Assembly (NCBI GenBank): GCA_030390025.1
Contig: CM059432.1
Coordinates: 3,100,001 to 3,164,000 of the forward strand
DNA length: 64,000 nt
Origin: Squalus acanthias
Taxonomy: Eukaryota
Direction: 5' to 3'
The notes under the pieces were generated by a model. The model was not told the DNA's origin. It saw only the letters and a program-made list of their open reading frames with translations, and made no database searches. Within the stretch, counting starts at the first letter, position 1; each line of letters starts with the position of its first letter. The translations under genes were made by a program, and so were the position numbers. Of this stretch, positions 1 to 12,200 are shown piece by piece.

Positions 1-985
1 TCTTGCACCTTTGCCAGTGCCTCTATGTCATTTTTACAATATGGAGACCAGAACGGGTCACAGTAAGTATGGAGGAGTCCACCAACAGCCATAGGCTTTT
101 CACTCTTCACAGAATTGCCACCACAATCCTTCAGATGGTTTACATTGTAACTGAACGGACTTGAAAGCTACAGGAAAGATGGTGTGGACCCTCTGACTGA
201 ACACTGGTGAAACGGAGACCTGTTCCAAAGTGGTTTGCAAGGTGCGACACCTGAAATCGTCATCGCGCGCATGACATGAAAAATGTGCCTTTAACCGAGG
301 ATAAGGAGGAAAGGCTATCTTGTTACCTGCTCGCCATTAATTACGAGGCTGTGAAGACATTTTTTCTTTGTAAATGGAGACAATTCTCATCTGTTTCTAG
401 TTGCTCTGCTGCCCTTTCACCAGCACATGTGACCTCTAGCCATACAAAAACCCGGAGAGCTGATCATTATCAGGGTACTGTTGACAGACCGTACAGAAAC
501 ACGATCTCCCCACTGGGCAACTAACCGGCTGGATACACAACCCCTAGAGCCATGGAATGGCTCCCTCCACTCGGAGCTCATGGGAAAGACCACAGGACTG
601 TGTGATCAAATTAAATACAACAGCTAGACAAGATCTCATTGGTCACGCACCGGAAAAAAAAAACGTTCCACAAGCTTTACCCAAGATATTTGAAACTATG
701 AGAAAATTTTGATTAATGTGCACTGGAGTGTACTGTTGGAAGTTAGAAACCGCATTTCGTAGCTGTCAGTTTAACATTTCTAAATACCTTTGACCTCACA
801 GAAGCTTCACAGAAAATGAACAAGTCTTTCCCTGCAAATAGAACTATCACTACTCTGCGAAGAGATCAGGTTACTGATTCTCTTCCCCAACCCCTTCAGT
901 AAACAGGAAAAAAAAAGTGGAATTGTAAGATCTATTTCTCCTGCATTTTATTCTGTTCCTTGTCTGACTGCAAATGTCACCTAAT

Positions 986-1330
986 GCGATTCAGCCCAAC
1001 TGCTCCGTGCCGGTGTTTATGCTCCACACGAGCCTCCTCCCACCCCTCTCCATCTAACCCTGTAAACATATCCTTCTATTCCTTTCTCCCTCATGTACTT
1101 GTCTAGATTCCCCTAAAATGCATCTGTGCTATTCACCTCAACCACTCCCTGTGGTAGCGAGTTCCACATTCTAACAACTCTCTGGGTAAAGAAGTTTCTC
1201 CTGAATTCCCTATTGGATTTATTAGTGACTATCTTATTTTTATGGCCCCTAGTTCTGGTCTCACCCGTAAGTGGAAACATCTTCTCTACGTCTACCCGAT
1301 CGAACCCTTTCATAATCTTGAAGGCCATCA
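986..1330 (-). mobile_element. CR1 LINE 3' fragment
   Basis: Encodes FRRNFFTQRVVRMWNSLPQ, the CR1 ORF2 C-terminus, followed by a CR1 3' UTR. Confidence 0.9.
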
Positions 1331-2112
1331 TCAGTTACAGGAGAAATGAGCACAGATTTGGGAGGCAAGCAACACGTTCAAGGGCTTTGGAAAGGAATGG
1401 GAGGTTGGACCCGGGGCGATACTTTGCAAGGATAGAGAGGGGTCGAAGGTGGCAGAAAATTGCAGTGTTGCACAACTTGGGGTGGTGGTGGGGAAGTTGA
1501 AGAACAGAGGATACAAGTAATGAACTCGTACACAATCATGTAAAACACTGTAACAAGAATCCTCATCTTCTTGAAGGCAAATCAAAAGCAAAGATCCATT
1601 CTCCCCACCCCACACCAAATTACAATGGACAAATGCCTCGCGAGTCGACACTTTCTGGCCAGGCAATTACTGAGATGGGAAACAAACAACAAGCTTTTGA
1701 CTTGTGCACAGTGGAACAGGCTTTAATTAACAAGCAATGTTGGTCAAATATTGACACCATCATTGACCATATAAGAACGTAAGAAATAGGAGCAGGAGTA
1801 GGCCATTCTCTTGGTTCTCCACTATTTCCGGGAGGTTTTTTGTGTCTTCTTCCGTGAAGATAGACAGAAAGTATTTGTTTAATTTCTCTGCCATTTCCTT
1901 ATTCCCATTATAATTTCATCTGTAAAGGACCCACGTTTACTTTCGCTAATCTTTTCCTTTTTACATACCTATAGAAGCTTTTACAGTCTGTTTTTATGTC
2001 TCTTTGTGGCTTTGGCATGACAACAGGAATTGTTTAAACAGATAACACCACTGGATGCACTCACTGTGGAGTATAAATTCCCTGCGTAAACACGTCCAGA
2101 GATGCAGGCGCA

Positions 2113-3488
2113 GATACTATGAGAAGTTATCCACTTCGGTAGGAAAAACAGAAAGGCAGAGTATTATTTAAATGGTGATAGATTGGGAAATGTTGATGTA
2201 CAGAGGGACCTGGGTGTCCTTGTACACCAGTCACTGAAAGCAAACATGCAGGTGCAGCAAGCAGTTAGGAAGGCAAATGGTATGTTAGCCTTCATTGCAA
2301 GAGGATTTGAGTACAGGAGCAAGGATGTCTTGAGACCACACCTTGAGTACTGTGTGCAGTTTTGGTCGCCTTATCTGAGGAAGGATGTTCTTGCCATGGA
2401 AGGAGTTCAGCGAAGATTCACAAGGCTGATACCTGGGATGGCAGGAATGACATATGAGGAGAGATTGGGTCGATTGGGCTTATACTCACTGGAGTATAGA
2501 AGATTGAGAGGGGATCTCATCGAAACATATAAAATTCTAACAGGTCTGGACAAACTAGATGCAGGAAGAATGTTCCCGATGGTCGGAGAGTCCAGAACCA
2601 GGGGTCATAATCTACGGATAACGGGTAAACCATTTAGGACAGAAATGAGGAAGAATTTCTTCACCCAGAGAGTGGTGAACCTGTGGAATTCTCTACCACA
2701 GAAGGTAGTTGAGGCGAGGTCATTAAATATATTCAAGGGTGAGTTAGATATATTTCTTAAAGCTAAAGGTATCAAGGGGTATGGGGAGAAGGCAGGTACA
2801 GGGTACTGAGTTTGGATGATCAGCCATGATCTCATCGAATGGCGGAGCAGGCTCGAGGGGCCGAATGGCCTACTCCTGCTCCTATCTTCTATGTTTCTAT
2901 GTTTACTACAAGGGCCTTGGTGAGACCACACCTGGAGTACTGTGTGTAGTTTTGGTCTCCTTACCCAAGAAAGGATATACTTGCCATAGAGGGATTGCAG
3001 CGAAGGTTCACCAGACTGATTCCTGGGATGGCAGGACTGTCGTATGAGGAGAGATTGGGTCGACTAGGCCTGTATTCACCAGAGTTTAGAAGAATGAGAG
3101 GGGATCTCATTGAAACGTATAAAATTCTGACAGGGCTAGATAGACTGGATGCAGGGAGGATGTTTCCCCTGGCTGGGGGGTCTAGAACGAGGGGTCACAG
3201 TCTCAGGATACGGGGTAGGACATTTAGGACTGAGATGAGGAGAAATTTCTTCACTCAGAGGGTGGTGAACCTGTGGAATTCTCTACCACAGAAGGCTGTG
3301 GAGGCCAAGTCACTGAATATATTTAAGAAGGAGAGAGATAGATTTCTAGACGCAAAAGGCATCAAGGGGTATGGGGAGAGAGCGGGAATATGGTATTGAG
3401 ATAGAGGATCAGCCATGATCATATTGAATGGCGGAGCAGGCTCGAAGGGCCGAATGGCCGACTCCTGCTCCTATTTTTCTATGTTTCT
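2113..3488 (+). mobile_element. Nested CR1 LINEs: copy ~2330-2901 inside a host copy (2113-2330 and 2902-3488)
   Basis: RPHLEYCVQFWSP...RRLRGDLIETYKIL...FFTQRVVNLWNSLP occurs twice, each followed by a 3' tail ending in (ttctatgt)n. The host reading resumes after the first tail. Confidence 0.9.
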
Positions 3489-3598
3489 ACTACAGTGATG
3501 TGATCTAGTAAAAACTTCACTGCTCCTCCTGGTAATGGGTGGATACCAGATTGTGAGCACTCAATGGTGAATCTCTCTGCAAAATATTACACTGAAAA

Positions 3599-4325
3599 TC
3601 AGAGAAGTCATGTTTAACTTGTATAGAACCTTGGTTAGACCACACTTGGAGCACGGTGAACAGCTCTAGTCTCCATATTATACAAAGGATATAGAGGCAC
3701 TGGAGAAGTTGGGAAAAAAGATTTACAAGAATGATACCAGAACTGAGAGGTTATACCCATCAGGAAAGACTGAACAGGCTGGGGCTCTTTTCTCTAGAAA
3801 AGAGAAGACTGAGGGGTGACTTGATAGAGGTCATTAAGAATATAAAAGGGTTTGATAGGTTAGACGTAAAGAAGATGTTTCCACTTGTGGGGGGGGCGCG
3901 GGGAGAGCAGAACTAGGGACCATAAATAAGAATTAGGAGTCGGCCATACGGCCCCTCGATCCTGCTCCGCCATTCAATAAGAAAATAGCTGATCTTCGAC
4001 CTCAACTCCACTTTCCCGCCTGATCCCCATATCCCTCGATTCCCTTAATATAAGATCAGCAGTAAATCCAATAGGGAATTCAGGAGAAACTTCTTTACCC
4101 AGAGAGTGGTGAGAATGTGGAACTCGCTACCACAGGGAGTGGTTGAGGTGAATAGTATAGGTGCATTTTAGGGGAATCTAGACAAGTACATGAGGGAGAA
4201 AGGAATAGAGGGTTATGTTTACAGGGTTAGATGGAGTGGGGTGGGAGGAGGCTCATGTGGAGCAGAAACACCGGCACGGACCAGTTGGGTCGAATGTCCT
4301 GTTTCTGTGCTGTAAATACTATGTA
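3599..4325 (+). mobile_element. CR1 LINE 3' fragment, interrupted by a short antisense CR1 tail (~3925-4050)
   Basis: ERLNRLGLFSLEKRRLRGDLIEV motif and CR1 3' UTR. Confidence 0.85.
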
Positions 4326-4634
4326 ATAAAGTAGGCCAACAGCGAAGATTGAGCTAACTTGTCGACAACTTGCCCTTGAACCCGGCGCTTCACTTGTTGT
4401 GCAGTGTCATAATGTAGTCTGAAGAGGATGGAGACCAGAAGTGAGACAAGTAGAGTTCTTTCATAGCAGTTGTTTTACAACTGAACAGTTTGTTGGGGCA
4501 TCTCAGAAGACATTAACCAATTCTTCCGCTGTAACTATATCGGAAGACATCTTTCCAGGATTTCCACGACCGGTGTCAAATTTATGGTGGATGGAAGAGA
4601 GAATACATATGATAAAATATGATAAGATAATATT

Positions 4635-4995
4635 AGAATTACGAGCAGGAGTAGGCCATCCGGCCCCTCGAGCCTGCTCCACCATTCAATAAGATCATGG
4701 CTGATCTTCGACCTCAACTCCACTTTCCCGCCTGATCTCCATATCCCTTGATTCCCCTAGAGTCCAAAAATCTATCCATCTCAGCCTTGAATATACTCAA
4801 AGACTGAGCCTCCACAGCCCTTTGGGGCAGAGAATTCCAAAGATTCACAACCCTCAGAGAAGAAATTGCTCCTCATCTCAGTCTTAAATGGCCGACCCCT
4901 TATCCTGAGACTATGCCCCCTAGTTCTAGACTCCCCAGCCAGGGGAAACAACCTCTCAGCAGCAACCTGTCAATCCCCCTCAGAATCTTACATGA
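4635..4995 (-). mobile_element. CR1 LINE 3' fragment
   Basis: Reverse complement of the CR1 3' end (ggagcaggagtaggccat...gatcatggctgatc) plus ORF2 terminus. Confidence 0.85.
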
Positions 4996-5744
4996 AAATT
5001 CACTGAGGGTGGACAGCATGGTGTGAAACTGGAGCCACTTGTAGGCCAGACCAGGAAAATCAAGTCAATGGAGATAAAAATATTGGGAGAGATTTTTGAG
5101 AACAGGCCGTCTGTTCGCCAACGCCTGTGTTACACGATCACACAAAGTCAAGATCTCCCTCCACGGTGTCTGCTTTACATTTTAGTAATTTCCGGAGACC
5201 TTACTTATAGACAACCTCTGGTCTAAAACGGGAGCATGGCAAACATAGAGCACACTGGAAATAGAGCAGCATATTCATAGAAAAGAACAGCAGCAGTCTG
5301 CATTGCACACTAATAAATGAATTTGATCTCACAGCTCAAGTTACAGGAGTAATTACAGCTACATCTGTGGGCGACAGTGGATAACCTAATTACCGTCTAA
5401 ATCCTGGCTTTCTTGATAAAACATTCATTATCTAAATCTGCTTCACCTTATTAAACGAGCGACTTAATGGTAGAGTTCAAGAATGATAATTTAAGAAAGG
5501 GCGAAGGGTTGCTACAGGAGGATAATTATGTAGTATAGACAGCAGAAGATGGTTGGGGTTTCTGATCCCTCGAGAAGCAGCACTGGAAGCGAGGTATCAC
5601 TGCTTTCTAACCCTGTATTCGTGCAAGCAGCACATTTGTAGGTTAGATAAGAATACTAAAAAAAAAGGACAATCCAGACTGATCCCGTGGAATACCCACC
5701 CTAAACCTCCCCACCTCGCTACCGCTCTCTGCTCCTTAAGGTGA

Positions 5745-8528
5745 TTTTGAAAGTGATTTAGTTAAGTCCGAAACTAGGGTCTTAAATCTAAACAAAGCAA
5801 ACTACGTAGGTATGAGGGGCGAGTTGGCTAAGGTAGATTGGGAAACTACATTAAAAGGTATGACAGTAGACAAGCAATGGCTAGCATTTAAAGAATTAAT
5901 ACATCATTGACAACAAATATACATTCCTTTAAAAGGCACAAAAATCACACAGGAAAAGTGGTCCAACCGTGGCTAAAGAGAGAAGTTAAAAATAGTATTA
6001 GATCAAAGGAAGAGGCTTATAATGTTGCCAAAAAGAGTAGTAAGCCTGAAGATTGGGAGGATTTTAGAATTCAGCAAAGGAGGACCAAGAAATTGATAAG
6101 GAAAGAGAAAAAAAAGAATATGAGAGTAAATTAGCAAGAGACATAAAAACAGATTGTAAACGTTTCTATAGGTATGTAAATAGGAAGAGATTAGTGAAAG
6201 TAAACGTGGGCCCATTGGAGGCAGAGACAGGAGAAATTATAATGGGCAATAAGGAAATGGCAGAAACATTAAACAAATACTTTGCATCTGTCTTCACAGG
6301 TAGAAGACACAAAAAACATTCTGGAAATAATGGGGAACCAAGGGTCTAGAGAGAACGAGGAACTGAAAGAAATCAGTATAAGTAAAGACATAGTACTGGA
6401 GAAATTAATGGGACTAAGTGGCGACAAATCCCCTGGACCTGACGACCTGCATCTTAGGGTTTTAAAGAGGTAGCTGCAGAGATGGTGGATACACTGGTAT
6501 TAATCTTCCAGAATTCCCTAGATTCTAGAACAGTCCCCGCGGATTGGAAGGTAGCAAACATAACCCCGCTATTTAAGAAAGGAGGAAAGAGAAAAAACGG
6601 GGAACTATAGGCCAATTAGCCTGACATCAGTAGTCGGCAAAATGCTAGAATCTGTTATTAGGACATGGGAACACTGCACTTAGAAAATCGTAATATGATT
6701 AGGCAGAGTCAAGATGGTTTTATGAAAGGGAAATCATGTTTGACAAATCTGTTAGAGTTTTTTGAAGATGTAACTAGTAGGATGGATAAGGGGGAACCAG
6801 TGGATGTAGTGTATTTGGATTTTCAAAAAGCATTCGATAAGGTGCCACAAAAGAGGTTATTGCACAAAATTAGGACTCATGGGATTGGGGGTAATATATT
6901 AGCATGGATTGAGGATTGGTTAATGGACAGAAAACAGACAGTAGGGATAAACAGGACTTTTTCAGGTTGGAAGGCTGTAACTAGCAGAGTACTGCAAGGA
7001 TCAGTGCTTAGGCCTCAGCTATTTACAATCTATATTAATGACTTAGATGAAGGGACTGAGTGTAATGTATCCAAGTTTGCTGATGATACAAAGTTAGGTG
7101 GGAAAGTAAGCTGTGAGGAGGACGCAAAGAGGCTGTAGAGAGATATAGACAGGTTGACTGGGTGGGCAAGAACATGGCAAACTGAATTCAATGTGGGGAA
7201 GTGTGAAGTTATCCACTTTGGTAGGAAAAACAAAAAAGCAGAATATTTTTTGAATGGTGAGAGACTCGGGAAATTTTTGCCTTGTACATGAATTACAGAA
7301 AGTTAACATGCAGGTACACCAAGCAATTAGGAAAGCAAATGGGAGGTTAGCTTTTGTTACAAAGGGATTAAAGTATAAGAGTAAAGAAGTCTTACTACAG
7401 TTATACAGGGCATTGGTGAAGCCACACCTGGGGTACCTGTGTACAGTTCTGGTCTCCTTACCTAAGGAAAGACATACTTGCCTTAGAGGGAGTGCAGCAA
7501 AGGTTCACTAGACTGATTCCTGGGATGGGGGGATTGTCTATGAGGAGAGATTGAGTAGAATAGGCCTATATTCCCTAGAATTTAGAAGAATGAAAAGAGT
7601 GATCTCATTGAAACATACATGGGGAAAAATTCGGTTGCTTTCTGCAAAGCCACTAGCGCCCAGGCGCGGCGCCGCCAACGCCTCCCGCGAAATTCAGCGG
7701 GAAGTTAGCAGCGGCGGTAACCGTTAGCACCCTGCGGCACTGAAGTCATCGCCATACGCAGCGCCCCGCTCGCGATCTTCGGTAGCGCCCCCTGACTTAC
7801 CGCCAGACGCCATGTCCGACGGGATCAGGGGGGCCTACCTGCGGCCGGGGTGGCGCTAATTAAAGGCGAGGTGCCAGGCGGCCATTTTTGTTGCTGGCTG
7901 CTTCCCCGTTGCTGTCCCCGGCCTCCTGACTAACCACCTCGCGGAGTGCCGGCTGCGCTCCGTGAACCCGGCACTTCTCGAGTGCCGGGCTCTTTTGCTG
8001 GCACTCTGATCCCTGGTGGCCCAGCTGGGCCCCGGGTCGTGCTGCGCAAGGCCCCTCCCCTTCCAGTAGCGCCCCGCTTCCCTCTTGGGGCGCTACCGAT
8101 GAATTTCGGCCATGGGGGTGCTAATTTTTTCGGGGCGCTAAAAGTAGCGCCCCCAAAGGGGACGCGACTCAATTTTTCCCCCATAAAATTAAGGGCCTTG
8201 ACAGGGTTAATGCTGGGAAAATGGTTCCCCTGGCTGGGGAGTCTAGAACACGGGGTCAGTGTCAGAATAAGGGGTCGGCCATTTCGGACTGAAATTAGGA
8301 CTTTACTCAGAGGGTGGTGAATCTTTGGAATTCTCTACCCCAGAGGGCTGTGGAGGCTCAGTCGTTGAGTATATTCAAGACAGAGATCGATAGATTTTTG
8401 GGAATTAAGGGATATGGGGATAGTGCGGGAAGGTGGAAGATCAGCCGTGATCTTATTGAATGGCGGAGCAGGCTCGAGGGGCCGAATGGCCGACTCCTGC
8501 TCCTATTTCTTATGTTTTTATGTTCTTA
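5745..8528 (+). mobile_element. Long degenerate CR1 LINE (ORF2 tether, RT and C-terminus), interrupted by a MITE at 7621-8181
   Basis: [46 protein letters not shown] and KFADDTKLGG motifs across several frames with stops and frameshifts. 3' tail near 8525. Confidence 0.95.
7621..8181. mobile_element. GC-rich MITE, PIF/Harbinger-like
   Basis: TIR GGGGAAAAATT...AATTTTTCCCC, 3-bp duplication cat/cat (7618-7620, 8182-8184), and a clean interruption of the CR1 'IETYKI' region. Confidence 0.8.
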
Positions 8529-8825
8529 AAAGCTACCTCTGATCAAGCCTTTGGTCGCCTGTTCTAATAACTTATGTGGCTCGGTGTCAAATTTTGTTTA
8601 ATGATCGCTCCTGTGAAGCACCTTGGGACGTTTCACTACATTCAAGGCGATATATAAATACAAGTTGTTGTTGTTGTTGATAGGTTGAAAATCTCTCAAG
8701 ACAGTAAAGGTTCTACATGAGACAACTTTAAGCAATTGAACCTAGTCCCAATATTCTGCTGTGGCCAGCTAATCCCACTTCATTTCAGATGGCTCTCTGT
8801 TGAAAAAGTCTTCCAATGATAACGA

Positions 8826-9285
8826 AAGACAGACTTACATTTCTATAGCGCCTTTCACGACCTCGGGGAGGTCCCAAAGTGCTTTACAGCCAATGAAGTA
8901 CTTTTTTTTTGAAGTGTAGTCACTGTTGTGATGTAGGAAACGCGGCAGCCAATTTGCGCACAGCAAGCTCCCACAAACAGCAATGTGATCATGACTAGAT
9001 AATCTGTTTTAGTGATGTTGGTTGAGGGATAAATATTGGCCAGGCGACCCCTGCTCTACTTTGAAGTAGCGACGTGGCTTTTACGTCCACCCGAGAGGGC
9101 AGACGGGGCCTCCGTTTAACGTCTCATCTGTAAGACGGCACCTCCGACAGTGCAGCGCTCCCTCAGCACTGCACTGGGAGCGTCAGCCTAGATTTATGTG
9201 CTCATTTCTCTGGAGTGGGACTACGAACCCACAACCTTCTGATTCAGAGGCGAGGGTGCTACCCACTGAGCCACAGCGGACGCCA
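8826..9285 (-). mobile_element. Deu-domain tRNA-SINE (SacSINE1/AmnSINE1-like); further copies at ~10510-10975, ~12497-12960 and ~14482-14920
   Basis: tRNA-like head (tggctcagtgg, ggttcgtagtcc), Deu core (ggtgccgtctt...atgagacgttaaac...ggacgtaaaag) and L2-like tail (aaaggcgctatagaaatg). Confidence 0.85.
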
Positions 9286-12200
9286 GCTGATATTACATCC
9301 ATATTATAGATCCACGCCCTCTACACAGCTCCTCACCTTGCTCTATATTTCTGAAAAAAAGTTGTGTGTAAACCATATATTGTGCAGATTAATGTGGATG
9401 TAAAGCACGTGAACGATACACATTTTATCCTTTACAGTACCAGACTAACTTACACAGAATTTACAGCACAGAAACAGGCCATTCAGCCCGACTGCTCCGT
9501 GCCGGTGTTTCTGCTCCACACGAGCCTCCTCCCACCCCTCTTCATCTCACCCCATCACCATATCCTTCTATTCCTTTCTCCCTCCTGTGTTTATCTAGCT
9601 TCCCCTTAAATGATAGGGCGGTGGGTACAGATTCAATAGCAGCCTTCAAAAGGGAATTGGATAAATACTTGGAGAAAAGAATTGCAGGGATATGGGGAAA
9701 GAGTGGGGGAGTGGGACTAACTGGATCGCTCTTCGAAAGAGCCAGCACACTCGATGGGCCGAATGGCCTCCTTCTGTGCTGTACTATTCGATGATTCTAA
9801 GAACATAAGAAATAGGAGCAGGAGTCGGCCATTTGGCCCCTCAAGCCTGCTCTGCCATTCAACAAGATCAAGGCTGATCTTCTACCTCATCTCCACTTTC
9901 CTGCACTATCCTCATGTCCCTTAATATTCAACATCCGATCAAATCTCTTTCTGGCAGCATTCCAAAGTAACCAATACTATTTACATGGGCCATTATTGGA
10001 TTTTGAGAAGCCACGTACTGTAGTCGAAAACCAAATAGATCCTGCAAGACACAAAAGGGGCCAATTAGACGCCTGAATCTACTTTGCTGAAATGATTCGA
10101 CTCGTTGCCGGTGTTTCTCCAAAGCCTCCCCGCCTGCTGCGAGACACTCTCTACCTGGGTGAGCAATTGCCTTTGAAAATGGCCCCGCGGGGTGCGAACC
10201 GAGAACCAGCTGTTCCTGCCACCTTGCACGCTGTAATAATGTGCTCCTTTCATCCTCATCATTCCGCCTTTAATCCTCAAACATTTGTTTTGCACGTGGA
10301 ACCAGCAAAGGGATTTGCAAGTTTGTTTTTAATAATTAAAGGTGGCGCAACATGATTAAAAAGCAGAGGAGAGGAGAGCTTAGCCGCAATTGTGGGGGAT
10401 CTTATTCACAAAACTAAACTGCACTTTTCCTCAATTTGTGTGGCTTTCATAGAATTACAGCACAGAGGAGGCCATTCGGCCCCTCGTGCCTGTGCCGGCT
10501 CTTTGAAAGAAAAAGACTTGCATTTCTCCAGCGCCTTTCACGGCCACTGGACGTCTCACGGTGCTTTACAGCCAATGAAGTACTTTTTGAAGTGTCGTCA
10601 CTGTTGTAATGTAGGAAACGCGGCAGCCAAAATGCACACAGCAAGCTCCCACAAACTGCAATGTGATAATGACCAGATCATCTGTTTTAATGTTGATTGA
10701 GGGATAAATATTGGCCCCAGGACACCGGGTATAACTCCCCTGCTCTTCTTTGAAATAGTGCCATGGGATCTTTTACGTCCACCCGAGAGAGCAGACGGGG
10801 CAGCGGTTTAACGTCTCATCTGAAAGACGGCACCTCTGACAGTGCAGCACTCCCTCAGCACTGCACTGGGAGTGTCAGCCTAGATTTTTGTGCTCAAGTC
10901 TCGGGAGTGGGACTTGAACCCACGACCTTCTGACTCAGAGGCGAGGGTGCTACCCACTGAGCCACGGCAGACGCCAGCTGATATTACATCCACATTATAG
11001 ATCCACGCCCTCTACACAGCTCCTCACCTTGCTCTATATTTCTGGAAAAAAGTTGTGTGTAAACCATATATTGTGCAGATTAATGTGGATGTAAAGCACG
11101 TGAACGATACATATTTTATCCTTTACAGTACCAGACTAACTTACACAGAATTTACAGCACAGAAACAGGCCATTCGGCACAACTGCTCTGTGCCGGTGTT
11201 TCTGCTCCACACGAGCCTCCTCCCACCCCTCTCCATCTCACCCCATCACCATATCCTTCTATTCCTTTCTCCCTCATGTGTTTATCTAGCTTCCCCTTAA
11301 ATGTATCTATGCTATTCGCCTCAACCACTCCCTGTGGTAGCGAGTTCCACATTCTCACCACGCTCTGGGTGAAGAAGTTTCTCCTGAATTCTTTAATTGG
11401 ATTTATTAGGGACTCTCTCATCTTCATGGCCCTTAGTTTTTTTTTGCTTGAACTAATTTATTTGAAAACAGCAGCAATATTTTTCCACTCAATTTAAAAT
11501 GTCCATGTTTTGCACAGCGCGCTGTCAAAAGATAAAAGTTTGCAAGGCATGAGGAAAACTTTAACGCAACGAGTGGTTAGGATTTGGAACGCGCTGCCTG
11601 ATAGGGTGGTGGGGACAGATTCAATAGTAGCCTTCAAAAGGGAATTGGATAAATACTTGAAGAAAGAATTGCAGGGATATGGGGAAAGAGCGGGGGAGTG
11701 GGACTAACTGGATCGCTCTTCGAAAGAGCCGGCACAGACTCGATGGGCCGAATGGCCTCCTTCTGTGCTGTACTATTCGATGATTCTAAGAACATAAGAA
11801 ATAGGAGCAGGAGTCAGCCATTTGGCCCCTCGAGCCTGCTCCGCCATTGAATAAGATCAAGGCTGATCTTCTACCTCATCTCCACTTTCCTGCACTATCC
11901 TCATATCCCTTAATATTCAACATCCGATCAAATCTCTTTCTGGCAGCATTCCAAAGTAACCAATACTATTTACATGGGCCATTACTGGATTTTGAGAAGC
12001 CACGTACTGTAGTCGAAAACCAAATAGATCCTGCAAGACACAAAAGGGGCCAATTAGTCGCCTGAATCTACTTTGCTGAAATGATTCGACTCGTTGTCGG
12101 TGTTTCTCCAAAGCCTCCCCGCCTGCTGCGAGACACTCTCTACCTGGGTGAGCAATTGCCTTTGAAAATGGCCCCGCGGGGTGTGAACCGAGAACCAGCT

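Noticed and set aside
60..830. Possible decayed L1/Tx1 or other coding remnant
   Set aside because: Only vague resemblance, with no motif I can identify. Needs a tBLASTx search.
4330..4610. Coding-looking unique sequence as a further CHST9 exon
   Set aside because: No convincing acceptor/donor pair and no recognisable peptide.
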